In this document: one piece after another, positions 37,501 to 48,814 of the stretch
Layout of the letters: every line of letters begins with the position of its first letter
Numbering within the stretch: the stretch's first letter is position 1
Program-made: the position numbers and the translations under genes
Source: Lama guanicoe
Taxonomy: Eukaryota
NCBI GenBank assembly: GCA_013239625.1
Contig: MU053934.1
Location: forward strand, 10,641,003-10,705,002
Direction: 5' to 3'
DNA length: 64,000 nt
Notes under the pieces: model-generated
Told to the model about the DNA's origin: nothing
What the model saw: the letters and a program-made list of their open reading frames with translations, nothing else
Databases searched by the model: none

Positions 37501-39915
37501 TAAGCCTTTAGCAAGGCTGATTAAAAATAGGAGAGAAGTTAAAATTACCATCATCAGAAATGAAAGAGAGTTTTTTTTAAAACAAACTCTGCAGACCTCA
37601 AGAGAACAAGAAGGGAACACTACAAGCAATTTTACGTGTGTCACTTCAACAAGGTTTATGAAATGGATAAAATCCTTAACAAGCACAAACTACCAAAGCT
37701 CACCCAAGATGAAACAGATAACCTGGATAGTCCTATCGCTGTGAAAGACATTGGGTTTGTAGCTAAAGTTTTCTGCAAAAGAAATCTTCAAGTTCAGACT
37801 GTTTCACTGGCAAATTCTAACAAACATTAAAACAGGAAAGAGCACCAAGTCTATACAATCTTCTTAAGAATCGGAAACGCTTCCTCCCTCACTTTAGGGC
37901 GTAAGCAGCTCTCTGACACCTAAACCCGACAAGAGCAGTACAAAAAGACACGTGCAGACCAATATTGGCCGTGGATGTATATGAAAATGTTCTCGGTAAA
38001 CTACTGAATCTGAAATTATACAGAAGATTAAAATGTGACCCTTAACTGGGGTTTATGTCAGGAAAGCAAAACTGAGCCAGTATTAAATCTTCCATCAGCG
38101 TAATCTATTACATTAACTGTCTAAAAAGTACCCCCACATGATCATACTGATTGATGCAGGAAAAGTATTTGACAAAACTCAGAATCCGTTAATAACAAAT
38201 GCAAACCATTCAAAGCAAACTTCTATAAGTAAAATTCCTCAACCTGAAAAAGAAAATTTACAAACAAGTTACAGCTAACAACTCAGTGGTGAATGACATA
38301 ATAATTTTCTCCTAAAATCGGGAAAAAGCCTCGAAAGTCCCCTCTCACCAGCTCCACTAAGCATTATAATGAAAATCCTAGCCTTTATGATAAGGCAAGA
38401 AAAAAATTAAAGCCTACAGATTGAAAGGAAATGACAAATCTGTCTTAATCATAGACAACATAATTTTTCACAAATATAATTCCAAACAATATTCAAAAAG
38501 TTTTCTAGAATAGAAAGTGACTATATGAAGTTTTCAGGATTCAAGGTCAACACCCCACACACACAAACAGACCCAGAGATCAATAGGTTTTATATATTAG
38601 TAACAATTTGAAAGTTAAAAATATATCATTTAAAATGTTTCAAGAAAAGTGAAATACGTAAGTGTAAATCTTACAAAGCAGGTACAAAATTTGGATGTTG
38701 AGAGGTATAAAACATGAATGAGAACTTTCAAAGCAGATTCACGTAAATGAAGAAGCATGCTATGTTCATGGTACCAACATGGTGAAGATGTTGATTCTTT
38801 CCAAGTTGATTCATAGATTCAGCGCCGTACCAATGAAAATCCCAGCAGGATTTTTGTAGATACAGACATGAAACTTGCAGAATTACTATGGAATATCAAA
38901 CGAATTAGAATAGAGGAAAACAATTTTGAAAAAGAAGAATAAATGTGGAAATTAAGCCACCCAATTTTAAGACTTATTCTAAAGGTACTGTAATCAAGAC
39001 CGTCTGGTATTGGCAAATGAGTAGATACATAAATCAATGAACATCATATAAAGTTCAGAAATAGATCCACACAAACATGGCCATTTGACTTTCTATTATG
39101 GTGCAGAAACAGTTCAGTGAAGGAAACAGTTTTTTTTCAACACATGATGTTAGAACAACTAGCCATTCATTTGCCAAAAATATGAACCTCAGCTCAAACA
39201 TCTGCGATGTAAGTGCAGTGCATGACGTGAAGCTTTTTGCTCACCAAGGCATTCGTTTCAAGACATGCATCTTCAATAAACATGTCAGTTGTATGATACA
39301 GCGACGAGCAAACCAGCCGGACGGGGAAGCAGGCTCCCACCACCCATGACGCTCCCTCTTTGAGAAAACCTTAGTTGGCCTAGATAACCGACCATCTGAG
39401 TGGCCCCGCTTCTTCCTTCCCACACCCTCGCTCCCCTCTCTTGGGCTTTAAATTCACCAATAAAGAGTGAGCCCACGCTTTACTGAGGGAAAGGGTTGGG
39501 AGTCTGAGAATTGCAAATGGTAACCACTATATACGAATACAGATAAAAACAAAATGGCGCACCCACCCTGAGACACGGACCGGCAGTTCCCGTATAATGA
39601 AACACACACCTGCCACCTGACCCAGTTATTCTGCTCCTGAGGAAAGGAATCGGACATTTGCACATGTGCAGGGATTTTCACAGCAACTTGTTAATGATCT
39701 TCCCAAATGCAAATAACCCAAATGTCGTTCCGCAGGTGCATGGATAAACAAACTGTGGTACCCACGCAATGGGATGCGACTCAGCCGTAAAAGGGGGTGG
39801 ACACTGATATTTGTACCAACTTGAGTGAATTTCAAAACCGTCACACTGAAGGCAGGATGTCATTCTCAAAATGCGATGTGCTCTATGATTCCATTTATGC
39901 GCAACTCTCAAAAAT
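34520..39915 (+). mobile_element. Near full-length old L1 (L1MC/L1MD-like): 5' UTR, ORF1, ORF2, 3' end; decayed, with internal deletions and a filler at ~39200-39550
   Basis: ORF1 relic EAQQTPRRMNPGKFTSRHIVVQLL (~35890-35970); EN relic HEDTATLNVCAS..VLKYMRQKL..KGEIDKSVMVVGD (~36745-36865); EMDKILNKHKLPKLTQDE; gattgatgcaggaaaagtatttgacaaa (IDAEKAFDK region); 3' tggataaacaaactgtggtac...tatgattccatttat. Confidence 0.9.
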
Positions 39916-40174
39916 CTCCACTCCAGCCGGTTCCTTCTCAGCGTCTTCATAAGTAAAATGGGACAATTGTAAGCACCACTGTCCAGAGTGATCATCAAAG
40001 AGGAACCACGGCGATCCAGGGCTTGGCCCAGACAGCGAAGGCTCCTTGCTGTCTCTTATGTGGGGCTAACCCTAGAACTGCTGTCATTATTAAAAACAGG
40101 TGCAGGCCTCAAATGTATTCTCCGCCACAGTTGCCAAGAACATGGGCTCTGGGTCTGCATTCTGATTCCACCCT

Positions 40175-40690
40175 GCTGCTAGGACTCTTTGTCACAAGAA
40201 AGGAAATGGAATTTAAATTGCCTTCAACAACCACCACCATGAAATGCGTGGGTTCATGTTACCTGGACAGCTCACAGGATGGTGTGGCTTCAGGCACAGT
40301 TTGATCTAGAACCTCTAATGATATCATCAGGACCCTGGTTTTATTTTTCATCTCTCCCTCGGTCCTGCTTGACTGTGTGGTCTTACCCTCAGGGTGGCCC
40401 TCTCTGCACTGGGGACCGATAATCACCAGCAGCTCCAAGGTCCGTCACCGTAAGTGTGAGAGGGAACAGGCCTGTCCCAGAAGCTTGGTTAGGACAACTG
40501 GGAGAAGGGCCTGCTGGCCTCACGTGCCCTTCCCTCCTGCACGAATACTGAGCTCTCGTGCATGAGCGGATTGGCCAGGGAGCGGTCATGTGGCCACGCC
40601 CTGACGTACGGACACATGGAGTCAGCATCACTTAAATGGCGCAGATGGGGCAGGGCTAGAGCTCAAGACCGTGGTCCCTCACCATAGCAC
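40175..40690 (-). mobile_element. Old ERVL/MaLR LTR (LTR33/MLT1L-like), antisense
   Basis: ggcttcaggcacagtttgatctagaacctctaatgatatcatcagg...caccagcagctccaagg...gattggccagg...ggtcatgtggccacgccct. Confidence 0.6.
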
Positions 40691-43600
40691 CACCATGCTG
40701 TGGGCTCTAGAGAGAGGAGGCCTCGCTCTCAGGAGGGGAGTACGGACTGCTGGACAGACCAGCAGCCAGCGCTGGCATGTGTCTGGGCAAACGCAGGCCG
40801 TGGCTGAGCGCGGGGACGGGGGATGACTGCAGCACCCCCCTGCACGGCCGCAGGGGCGTGGGGAGGAGAGAGGCGTGTGCACAACTTTGCAGGAGCCGCC
40901 TCACAGAGAGAAGTCAGTCACTGCAGCTTCTCTCGCTACATTGTTGTTATGATATGTGATTGCTTTTGTATTCTCTAGCAAATTACACAGTCATGCCGGA
41001 ACTAAATTAATATTAGTTATCTCCACTTGCAGTCCCGCAGACATTTCAAGCACTTTAATAACTCAGCGCGTGTGCAAATTCCGTTCCTTCTGCCTGGGAA
41101 GCCCCTGCCCCGCCCACTGAACAGACACCCCGTGTTAGTCGCGTTGGTGTTCTAAGCGATATTTTCCGTTTTGCAGGTTCTGCAATGCATTGTGCCTTAG
41201 CTTGGCCTCCTGGTTCCTGAGCAACCCCAGAGGGCAGTATCCTGGACCACTCATCACTGTGTCTCAAGGTCTCGGTGTGCGGAGGGGGCTCCAGGAAACG
41301 CTACCGTGGACCCGCCCTGAGATGACGCACAGAACGGGCAGCAGGTGCGTGCGCCTAGCATTTCCGACAGTTGCCGGCTCTGCGTTTTATCAGTGCCTGA
41401 GGGGCATCCCGGAAGAAGGGCGCCCACTGCCTGGGAGGGCCGGGGACCGAACAAAGCCATGGGACCACGCCTGTACCGCTGCTGCCTGGGGGTCCCCTGA
41501 GGCCACAGACACCCCCCTGCTTGGTCTCAGCGACACTGAGTGCTTCCAGGTGGCTGAGACATGGGCTCGCTGGGCCAGGGGGCTCGGGCACAGGACCAGG
41601 GCAGGGCTGGCTGCACAGGAAGAGGATGACAGGGGCTCCATCAGAATCAATTATTGTCTGTTTTCTGCCCATCTGGCCACTGCAGCATGGGGGTCCGGGT
41701 GCCCTGCGGCTTTGTGGAGAATGGCCCATGCTTCCCAGTGAGACGAGCCCGGCTTTGGTCCAGGAACGTCGTGCGGCTTCTCCCGGCTGCAGCCTCTCCG
41801 TCAGTGACACATGAAGAACGTGACTGCCTGGTGGGGTTTTTCGAGGATTAAATGAGGTTGAGTGAGAACGAGGCGTGTAAACTGGATTTTACATTCCTGA
41901 GACTATAAATGCTACTTACACATTCCAGTGATGTTTTTTAAAATTCTGAAACGTTAGAGTGACTTCACCCACTGTGCTCAGCCACCAGGCCCGCATGTGA
42001 AAATCACACACAATAATGAAAGGAAAGGTGCGGTGACTGTGTCGCCCCAGCTCAGCAACTCTGTGTCCGTCGCCTGAGATGGTGGCTGCTGGCGGCGGCG
42101 GCGGGGCCCTGCCCGTCCCTGCCGAGCCCCTCACGCTGCGGCCGGGCGGTCACTGGGAGCACACTTCTGGTTGGCTCTTCTCTGCGGGAACCCTGGGTGG
42201 TTCCTCGCCGTCACGGCGTCCTGCTGTCGCCTCCTTGGGACGACCCAGGAGCTTTCTGAGACGTGTCCCAGCCACCACTTCTGCCGTGCAGTGTTTTTCC
42301 TCTCCTGGAAGAGACAAGAAAACTAAAAGAGGCAAGTGAAAAACATTTCCTGCTCCCGTTGCCAAGAATGGATGGAAGGACAGAAGGCGTGTTCAGCTCG
42401 CTGCTGCGGGTTGACCTGCGCCCCTCCTACCAGAAAGCTGACCCCCTCCCGTAGCCCAGGCCCGGGGCGGCCAGCAGCCAGCCAGCCCCGGGGGAGGTTT
42501 TACGGCTTGAACCGCAGCAAGTTTCCCGTCTTCAGGAAGGAGGCGGACTCCGATGCACAGTGTTGCGGGGCGGGGGGACGAGAAAGGCCGTCTTCCGGCG
42601 GAGAAGCTGCAAGAGCCCCGCAGATCCTGCGCGATAAGGCGCTTACTGCCGGGACTGGCCGCTTGATCAAGTTGCCATCCGTGGGATTTGCTAACTTTGA
42701 GCCGGGCTCGGGGATATCTCCGCGTTACAGCCTGGTTGGGACTGTGCAAACGCGCTTTATCTGATCCTCGGGTAAATCGTTTTCTGAGTCAGTCGAGCCC
42801 TGATGGCTGCTGAAGGCTGCCAGCTTCCCGTGATGGAAGGTCCAAAGATCCACCAAGGAGAGATAATTGTGGGAGGAGCTCGTCACAGGTAACGCCACCT
42901 CTGAGTTTCTAAGGATGCTCTCATAATCCCCTGGTAGGAGAGGGAAGATGGCGGCGGATGGAGTTTGGGCCCCGCCGGAGACATTTCAGGATGATGCCAG
43001 CCCTTTGGGGGCAGGGTGGGCCCTAGTCCTGGCAGTGCGCCTGGCCCCCAGAGCAGTGCCTGGCACCTGCCACGTTCAGTGAGGGCTGTGGTTTCCCGGC
43101 GGTGGGAACGTCAGTCACCTGTCTCAGTGAAGCCGCCGTCACTCAGGGTCTGGGCATAGCCCCCGGGGCTCAGACCCGATCAGATGCAGAGGGGCAGCTC
43201 AGGAGGGACAAGTGTAAAGCTCAGACGCCAGAGCGCTGATGCTCAGCCCTGCCAGGCTGGGAGGTGGAGCCTCAGCCTCTCCCGGAGGCAGGGTTATCAG
43301 GCGGCAGTTATGTTCAGCCCTCCCACCGTCATCCATCCTTCAGAACCTCGCCAGCTCCTTCTAAGACGGTGGCAACAGGCTCCCAAACCCCAGCGCCGCC
43401 GTGGCCTCGCTTCCTCCTGCAGGCTGGTGGCCTTCTCCGCGGGCCGCACTCACGAGGCCTGTCTTTTGTCTCTTCATCAGCTGGGTGGGTTTCTGGCTCT
43501 GGGCTGCACCCAGAGGGAGGTTTCTGGGCGTGGCCCCGACCTTGGTAAGATGCTCCCCTCTCCTGGAAGATGAAACGGGCTTCCTCAGCCATGAGGTCAG

Positions 43601-44906
43601 GACCAGGGCCACGGTGGGGCCCCCTGCAGTGGGCGGGGCTCTGTGATGCAGCGTCCAAGATGACAGAAAATTCCGTGAAGTTGGGAGCCCCTGAACACCC
43701 AGGCTGCGCCATGAGGGGGCCTGGGCCGACCTCTTTTCCTGGGCTTCCTATAGGCCCCAGCCCCTCACTGACCCTTCCCCCAGCCCCCAGTGCCAGCCTA
43801 CAGTTTGCAGAGAACGCAGAGGCCTCAGTACGGTGCCAAGAGCAGTGGGTAACAATGCCGCGTGGTCACTGATCTTAGAACAACACCTGCGAGGGCTGGT
43901 CACCGCTGCCGTCTAAGCACCAGGAGCGACACACAGGAAACGCAGGTGGGATGTTGGGATCTGACAGATGCACCTGGTCAACGCAGGGGAGCCACTGGGA
44001 CATAAGCAGGCTCGGTGGGGGGAGGTGTCGCCAGTCGGGAGGCTGGCTGAGGGTGCAGGCACGGAGCCCCCTGCCTGAGTGGTGGCAGGGGTGGGGCTTG
44101 GAGGCAGAGTGGGCAGGGTCTGGGGACACAGGGGAGGAGGGACCGCAGTGGACACAGTCGGGGGAGGCTCAGGGGAGAGGCCTGCAGCACAGAGACTGCA
44201 CGTGACATTTCGGAGATTTCTGGAGAAGTGCGGAGCTGGACGGTGAGGGCCTGGACGGACCCCGAGAAGGAGGGACACAGCTGTAGGAAGGACCACGGAG
44301 AGGGAAGGAGCATTGGCTGAGCGTCCTGGGCTGCTGGGCGTCTCTGTGAGATGGGCTGAGACTTCTGCTTCAAACCAAAATGAACAAATCTGTGGACAGT
44401 GGTGGCAGCGTGGGGTCCTTCCTGCACAGTGAGCTGGAGGGCCAGGGAGAGACATGACGTGGGGACAAGGGCTGACAGCCTTTTCCTTGAACCTGTTCTG
44501 TGGGGAGACTGCGCAGCCTACAGGCTGATCTGAGGGGCTGGGCGAGCAGAGGAGGGGGGCCTGCAATCCAGGGGCCCCCCGGGAAGCCAGGGCCACCAGG
44601 AAACCCAAGGGCAGCGTGGGGCCTCGCAGGAAGACACGTGGCAGAGGAGGGCGGGGGCTTGGACCTCACTCCAGAGCAAAGTCCCTGCTCTTTCAAGTTC
44701 GCACTCCGGCGTCCCTGCACCACGCTGGGGGGAGTCGGAAACGTTACAGGACCGCTGGCCTGTGACGTGCTGGACCATTGGATCCTGAGACTCTGGTCCT
44801 GCACCTGGCCAGGTGACAGGCCCACCTGATGCAAGGTGGCCGTTTGGCCTGCTGCGTGACGGTCACTAATCCCATGTCAGCCCCGAAGGCCACTCCCATC
44901 TAGAGG

Positions 44907-44921
44907 GGCACCAGGGGGCAC
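44907..44921 (+). promoter_or_regulatory. Weaker CTCF motif candidate
   Basis: gGCACCAGGGGGCAC, one mismatch to CCACCAGGGGGCRC. Confidence 0.3.
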
Positions 44922-45314
44922 GTGGATCTCAATTGATGGAAGTCTTTGCATTTTCCTGTTATCTCCTGGGGGCTTCACCCCAGCAAGAGGGGCTTCCCAG
45001 GCTGCGGGGCAGCACCTGGGCGGGGGCCTGACGGAAGGACCCGGGTCTGTCCTTCCACTGAGGAGAAGCAGAGCATCCTCAGGGACCAGAGGCGCCGAGA
45101 CTGCCCTGGCCCGCACGGTGCCCGGAGCAGAATCCTCTCTGCCGCTGCTCTGCCTTCCCCGCCGGCCTTCGGGGCCCCTGGGCTGCAGACCACCGCCTCC
45201 CCACTCCGCCTCCCTCTTCTGCTGGCCCGGCTCTTCATCCAGCGGGAAGCTGCCCTTGGACCCTTGGACACCTGGGGCTCTTCCCAATTGAGGCCCATGT
45301 GGGTGGATGGAGTG

Positions 45315-45620
45315 CCCCTGGAGGCCGGAAGTCTGAGGTCAAGGTGTCAGCAGGTCTGGATCCTCACGAGGCCTCTCCGTCTCCCTGGCTTGTGGATGGC
45401 CGTCATCCCCCCCGTGCCCTCACATGGTCGTCCTCGGTGTGTCTGTGTCCCGATCTCCTCTTCTTAGAAGGACCCGGGTCCTGCTGGATCAGGGACCCAC
45501 CCTATGATCTCATATAATATGACTACTTCTGTAAAGACCCGTCTCCAGACACAGTCACGCTGTTAGGTCCTGGGGGTTAGGGCTTCGGCCCAGAACCTGG
45601 GGGGCACAACGCAGCTTCTC
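45315..45620 (-). mobile_element. MaLR LTR (MLT1A-like), antisense
   Basis: ctggaggccggaagtctgaggtcaaggtgtcagcagg...atctcctcttcttagaaggac...gggacccaccctatgatctcat...taaagacccgtctccagacacagtcac. Confidence 0.88.
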
Positions 45621-45937
45621 CTGGGGGGCTGCAGTGGCAGCTCCTCCGGGGTTGCCCCTCCCCGCCTGCTGCCACGTGACCGCGGGGGGCTCTCCTAGGG
45701 CTCGCAGGACTCAGGGGACACCCGTGGGGAGCCCTGCTCGGAGGCTGTTTTCCACGCCGGCGACCGAAGTCCCCGTGGAGAGCAGCGGGCGGCACGGGGA
45801 GGCGGCAGGGAGCTGGCGGAAGCGGAGAGGTGTGGACTGGCGTCTGCAAACAGCGCGCTCTCGTCTGGGTTGTCAGTCTTTAATCTGCTTTGTCACTGGG
45901 TTGCCACCGTCTAACGGACACATGTGTTTTCTTGCAG

Positions 45938-45943
45938 AAGAGG
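45938..45943 (+). other. Candidate 6-nt microexon (AAGAGG)
   Basis: CTAAC (45911) ... tgtgttttcttgcAG | AAGAGG | GTAAGT; motif evidence only, no host gene identified. Confidence 0.3.
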
Positions 45944-46829
45944 GTAAGTCCCCTTCGATCCCAGAAAGAAACACATCCCGGGTCTTGAGGCAGACAGTAT
46001 CTTGATGGTATTTTTAAGCGCTTTTGAGTGTTCAACTTTTATGGTGTTTTAAACAATTTAGGAAGGAGCTCGGAGACTCCAGGCATCCCACGGTCTGTGC
46101 TTGGCCAGAGGGCGCCAGGCTGGGGCAGCGGCCAGCTTGGACCCAAGTGGCCCTGGGTTCAGGTCCAGCCAGACCTCTGAGCAGCCCCCTTGCTCTCTGA
46201 GCTTCTGATTGCATGTCAGCAAAGTGGGTGACGAGGTTCGTGGGCTCCTCGCGAGCTCACCTGTGAGGGGCCCGTAGGCGCACTGAGCACTGGTACCGCC
46301 CTTATGACTGGGTTGAGAGGGTGGGTCGGTGTAATGGATCATTGTGAGTCACTGGGAATAAAGGCTTTCTGCCCAAATCAGAGGCAGCACACCTCCCAGG
46401 CCTGGCGGCAAGTGTCTCCCCTCCCCCCACCGCCCAGCAGTGGTCTGGAAGGAGGTCTGAGCCTCTGCACGGCCAAGCTTGGATGTAGATCCTGGGGTCG
46501 GTGGTGGTGACTGGGGGTCCCAGCTCCACCGCCCTCAGAATAGAATCACATCCGCATGGTTGCCTTTGCGACCACACTCCACTGGCTGCGAGGATGCAGT
46601 GAGGTTCCATTCTCTGTCTGGCATTTTCCAGGCGCCAAGAGGGGACAGAGAAACACATTAAAGGCATGGCCATCTCTGTTCCAAGGGCTGCCCCCCAGCT
46701 GGGGAGGCAGCCTTGCCCCGTTGAACAGTAACAATTGTGGAGGCGTCCCACCGGTGGAGCCGTGAGAGCCTGCAGCCTTCAGGGCAGAGAGGTGACCAGT
46801 GGAGCCTGAGGCTCAGTGATGTGAAGGGT

Positions 46830-48070
46830 GGGCGGGGCAGCCGTGGCGCTGGCGGGGCAGGAGCGCGCCGAGGCTGCAGCTGTTTCACCCACTGATCCGG
46901 CTGACCGGGCGCTCGCCGCCCCGCCGCCCCGCGCTCCGCACCTGTTATTTTCAGAGAACGGCACAGCGCGATCCCACCCCTGCCCGCAGGCCAGCCCCAC
47001 TGCCCGGCCGAGAGGAGGCGGGGAGGGATGGTTTCAGTGCGCCGCACGAGCCGCTGCTCCAGACGTCAGACAGCGACGACGGGCGCCAGAGGATGGGGGG
47101 GCCGTGCGGGGGGCGCGCGCGTCACAGCACAGAGAGAGCCCGCCGCGCGCGTGTCCTGCGCCGCGGTGCCGCACAAAGCCCGGGGGCGCCATCCCCGCCT
47201 CCGGAGGCGGCGTCTGGAAGAGGCGGAGCCGGAGTCATCGGCAGCAACACGGGACGGGAGCCGCTGGGCCGCGGCGGGCCCGGGCGCAGGGCCCACGGCG
47301 CGCTGAGCCGGGTCTGGAGGACGGCGGAGGGCAGTTGGTTCTGGATCTGGGAAAGCATTTTGGCCGCGGCGCCAGCGCGCGCAGGCCGGCCTGACACGTT
47401 TGAGAGATGTCCTGCGTGGCTGGCTGGGGCTGGCTGGGGGACCGGGGCCAGAGGACACCAGGGCGTGGGGGGCCTGCGGCAGACTGGCGCGTCTAGGCCA
47501 GACGGCGGCGTCCCGAGGACCCTGCCGAGCCCGCTGGCGGGCCCCGGTACCCGGGGAGGACGGCGCCGCTGGGCCAAGACGGCCCACCCGGCGTGCGACC
47601 ACGGCCCCCTCCAAAGGAGGCGACGTGGAGGTGGCAGAGTGCGAGGGACACACGAGAGAAGCGCGGGGCCTGCTGACGGCCGGGAAGGGTGTCTCGCACG
47701 AAGCGGAAACGTGGCAGGGTCTCTGGGGCTGCTGAGGGGACTCAGCCAGGGAGGACGAGCAGGGAAACCTACCTTTGTGAACCCGCGGGGCTGGCGGGGC
47801 CGCGCGGCGCCACGGTGGGGCCGTTTGCTTCCGATCGGCCTCCCCGGGTCTGAATCCCACCGCAGGAATCCGGAGATCTCCGAGTCCGGTGCCTGGCTGG
47901 CCCCCAGCATCGCGACACCCGGTTTTCTTGGGCTTGTCTTGGCGGAGACCGGTAACCCGGGCGCGAGGCTGGCGGGGAGCAGAGAGGGCGCAGCCGGAGG
48001 GCAACGCCGCTCCAGCCCGCGTCTGCGGCTGGATCTTCAGACGGCGCGACGCTGCTATGCCATCGGGAGA
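46830..48070. promoter_or_regulatory. CpG island (orphan), partly repeat-derived
   Basis: ~1.2 kb of very dense CG/CGCG; ~47300-47510 resembles a GC-shifted antisense L2; abuts an L1/HAL1 ORF1 relic. Confidence 0.65.
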
Positions 48071-48079
48071 CATTCCCGG

Positions 48080-48770
48080 GATGCAGCGCAGGAAATAAGA
48101 CAAACCGACCAGCAATCAAAATGATCAGAGTCCTTGGGAATTTGGTAACATTAAAACTCAACAAAATCGGCGGAATAGCAGAACGGCTGGAGCTGGGCAC
48201 CGCGTTGCTCACCCCGGTGGCGGCTGTGGAGTTTTACGAACAAGAGCAGACAGCGTGAGAGTAAAGGAGAGGAAGTGCTCAGAGGTGAAGATGACTTTTC
48301 CCTGAATTGAGAGAAGCGGCGGGTTTTTCCATCCAAAGTGTCTGGGGACAAAATAGATTAAGAAAAAAAGTGCAAGTGACTGGATGCAGTCTGGATACAA
48401 GCCAGAACTCCAGAAACTAAGACACCGGCTCAGAGTCTTCAAAAGCCTGAGAGCAACAGAGACAGACCCCTACAACGGGGCGCCGCAGCCTGCGAGACAG
48501 TGTCTGTAAAGATCCAGAAGGATTTTGATGCTATCAGCCTATGCCTGGGAAAACCATTACTCAAGGAGAAGAAAAAATAAAGCAATTTCCGTGTGTGAAA
48601 AAACAGAAAATTAAATTCGCCTCCTATGTGCTGTTTTTGAGAAGTAGCTTGAATACATACCTACGTAAAACAAAAGGAAACAAAAGTCGTGAGCCAGTAG
48701 AAGGGGGGCGTGAGACTGAGCATACGGTGAGGGGGAGACCGGTAAAGCTCGGAGCTAACGTGGAATGAAC
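48080..48770 (+). mobile_element. HAL1/L1ME-like ORF1 relic
   Basis: ttttccctgaattgagag...ccagaactccagaaactaag...aaaataaagcaatttcc...tgtttttgagaagtagcttgaatacatacctacgtaaaacaaaagga. Confidence 0.6.
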
Positions 48771-48814
48771 TGTTAGGTGTAACATTGAAAATGAGGACGT
48801 ATGACTTAATCTAA

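Noticed and set aside
44572..44607. Collagen-like GPPGKPGPPGNP
   Set aside because: Only four triplets from an imperfect 18-bp duplication; no pyrimidine tract upstream and no GT donor after it.
47066..48124. Three overlapping 262-349 aa ORFs
   Set aside because: CpG-island composition artefact; no recognisable protein motif or splice structure.
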